Part shown: piece after piece, positions 62,726 to 64,000 of the stretch
How the letters are laid out: every line of letters begins with the position of its first letter
Numbering within the stretch: the first letter of the stretch is position 1
Assembly: GCA_964419045.1 (NCBI GenBank)
Contig: CAYQNO010000013.1
Location: forward strand, 3,808-67,807
DNA length: 64,000 bases
Reading direction: 5' to 3'
Origin: an uncultured Flavobacteriales bacterium
GTDB lineage: Bacteria > Pseudomonadota > Alphaproteobacteria > UBA8366 > CAVOAK01
Notes under the pieces: generated by a model
Databases searched by the model: none
What the model was told of the DNA's origin: nothing
The model's input: the letters and a program-made list of their open reading frames with translations, nothing else
Program-made: the position numbers and the translations under genes

Positions 62726-63385
62726 ATGTCGCTTTCTACTCAGTTACCCAACGGGGTAATGCTTGCGTGGCCAACGCCGATTTATCGGAAGGTTTGGTCT
62801 GAAGACCAGAAGTTTGCAGCAAGACTACGTGAGATAATCCTCGAAAGAGAAAACAAATATCCCAGTATACAGCGTTCACTAATAGGTGGATGGCACTCGG
62901 ACCTCGACCTACTGGAGTGGCCACATCCAGAGATGACAGTGCTAAAAGACCGAATCACAGAAGTTACGCGTGAAATGAGCCAACTTTGTGTTCAAGGAAC
63001 AAACTCTAAAATCTCTGGAAACGCGTCTATTACCGCATGGGCAAATGTAAGTCGTAATGGACATTTCCATCGTATCCACACACACGCAAACTCTTGCTGG
63101 TCTGGAGTATATTATGTCGCTACCGGCGAACGTGACCATTCTCATCCAGACAATGGCTTAATTGAGATGATAGACCCAAGACTAGGCGTAGAAATGATTC
63201 CTATACCAGGCGACCCATTTGGTGAAAAACTAAGGTTCGACCCAGAGGTTGGTATGATGCTTGTTTTCCCAAGCTGGCTACAGCACTTTGTTGACCCGTT
63301 CTTTGGTGAAAATGAACGGATTTCAATCGCCTTCAATGTACTTATTTCCAACTTCACAGTTAGTGAAGAAACGGTACAAACCTAA
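62726..63385 (+). CDS. TIGR02466-like putative 2OG-Fe(II) oxygenase
   Basis: WAN, HTH..S.WSGVYY, DPR, FPSWLQH.V, RISIAFN. Confidence 0.85.
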   Translation: MSLSTQLPNGVMLAWPTPIYRKVWSEDQKFAARLREIILERENKYPSIQRSLIGGWHSDLDLLEWPHPEMTVLKDRITEVTREMSQLCVQGTNSKISGNASITAWANVSRNGHFHRIHTHANSCWSGVYYVATGERDHSHPDNGLIEMIDPRLGVEMIPIPGDPFGEKLRFDPEVGMMLVFPSWLQHFVDPFFGENERISIAFNVLISNFTVSEETVQT

Positions 63386-63401
63386 TCTCGCGAGAACTAG
63401 G

Positions 63402-64000
63402 ATGATTCCACGCTACAGCCGACCCGAGATGACTCGTATATGGGAACCAGAAAACCGATACCGTATTTGGCTAGAGATAGAATCTCACGCAGCAGATGCA
63501 CAAGCTAAATTGGGGATAATACCTAAGTCAGCTGCCAAAGCATTGCGAGAGCGTGGGAAATTCGATATTGCGCGTATCGAAGAAATCGAACGTGAAACCC
63601 GTCACGATGTGATCGCTTTTCTCACAAATATCGCGGAACATGTAGGTCCTGAAGCGCGATTTATTCATCAAGGCATGACCTCTTCTGACGTACTAGACAC
63701 ATGCCTCGCTATACAATTATCACAGGCTACGGATCTCCTCATAACCGACCTTAATGAATTGCTAGCTGCTCTTCGTAAGCAGGCGGAAGAGCACAAACTA
63801 ACAATTTGTGTCGGCCGTAGTCATGGCATCCACGCAGAACCAACAACATTTGGCCTAAAGCTCGCCGGACATTTCGCAGAATTTAACAGAGGACTTCAAA
63901 GACTCAAAACCTCACGTAGTGAAATAGCTACATGTGCTATCTCCGGTGCTGTTGGAACGTTTGCTACCGTCGATCCGCGTGTCGAGGGATACGTAGCGGA
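63402..64000 (+). CDS. purB: Adenylosuccinate lyase, 5' part (runs off the window end)
   Basis: Manual translation MIPRYSRPEMTRIW...RHDVIAFL...HQGMTSSDVLDT...GRSHGIHAEPTTFG...ISGAVGT. Confidence 0.95.
   Translation, partial: MIPRYSRPEMTRIWEPENRYRIWLEIESHAADAQAKLGIIPKSAAKALRERGKFDIARIEEIERETRHDVIAFLTNIAEHVGPEARFIHQGMTSSDVLDTCLAIQLSQATDLLITDLNELLAALRKQAEEHKLTICVGRSHGIHAEPTTFGLKLAGHFAEFNRGLQRLKTSRSEIATCAISGAVGTFATVDPRVEGYVA

Noticed and set aside
223-63357. The many short antisense or overlapping ORFs in the track (e.g. 223-633, 1123-1377, 6491-6937, 21749-22213, 50191-50625, 51540-52001)
   Set aside because: They are shadows of well-supported genes on the opposite strand or another frame and have no family motifs.
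1-64000. CRISPR arrays, IS elements, prophage or anti-phage defence genes
   Set aside because: No regularly spaced repeats, transposase, integrase, phage structural or defence-type domains were recognised; the only tandem repeats are inside coding sequences.

Overview
64 kb of chromosome from an alphaproteobacterium, probably Rhodospirillales-like (inferred from alpha-type LexA boxes, a one-Cys DksA and protein sequences; GC roughly mid-40s% by eye). Most of the window is housekeeping: guaB, rlmE, ppx, pssA/psd, icd, alaS, recA, dksA, nadK, sfsA, map, purB, tRNA-Gln(CTG) and tRNA-Leu(TAA). There is a complete, probably tungsten-dependent, NAD-linked formate dehydrogenase locus (two subunits, fdhD, mobA, moaA, tupBCA). 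The stand-out is an ~11 kb co-oriented seven-gene cluster (34931-45862). It encodes a pentaheme cytochrome c, an outer-membrane beta-barrel, a membrane-anchored FAD/NAD(P)H/[2Fe-2S] reductase, a basic tetraheme cytochrome, a double cNMP-binding-domain/4x[4Fe-4S] protein, a ferric-reductase-like diheme-b membrane protein and a membrane-anchored decaheme cytochrome with a duplicated Cys-rich N-terminal module (19 CxxCH motifs in total). Together these look like a cyclic-nucleotide-regulated electron conduit from cytoplasmic NAD(P)H to the cell surface that I cannot match to Mtr/Pio/Mto/Cyc2/Pcc. A small catabolic islet follows (two SnoaL paralogues, a solute-binding protein, a Rieske oxygenase, an alcohol dehydrogenase). 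I saw no CRISPR array, integrase or transposase. All family calls come from motif recognition; no database searches were run.
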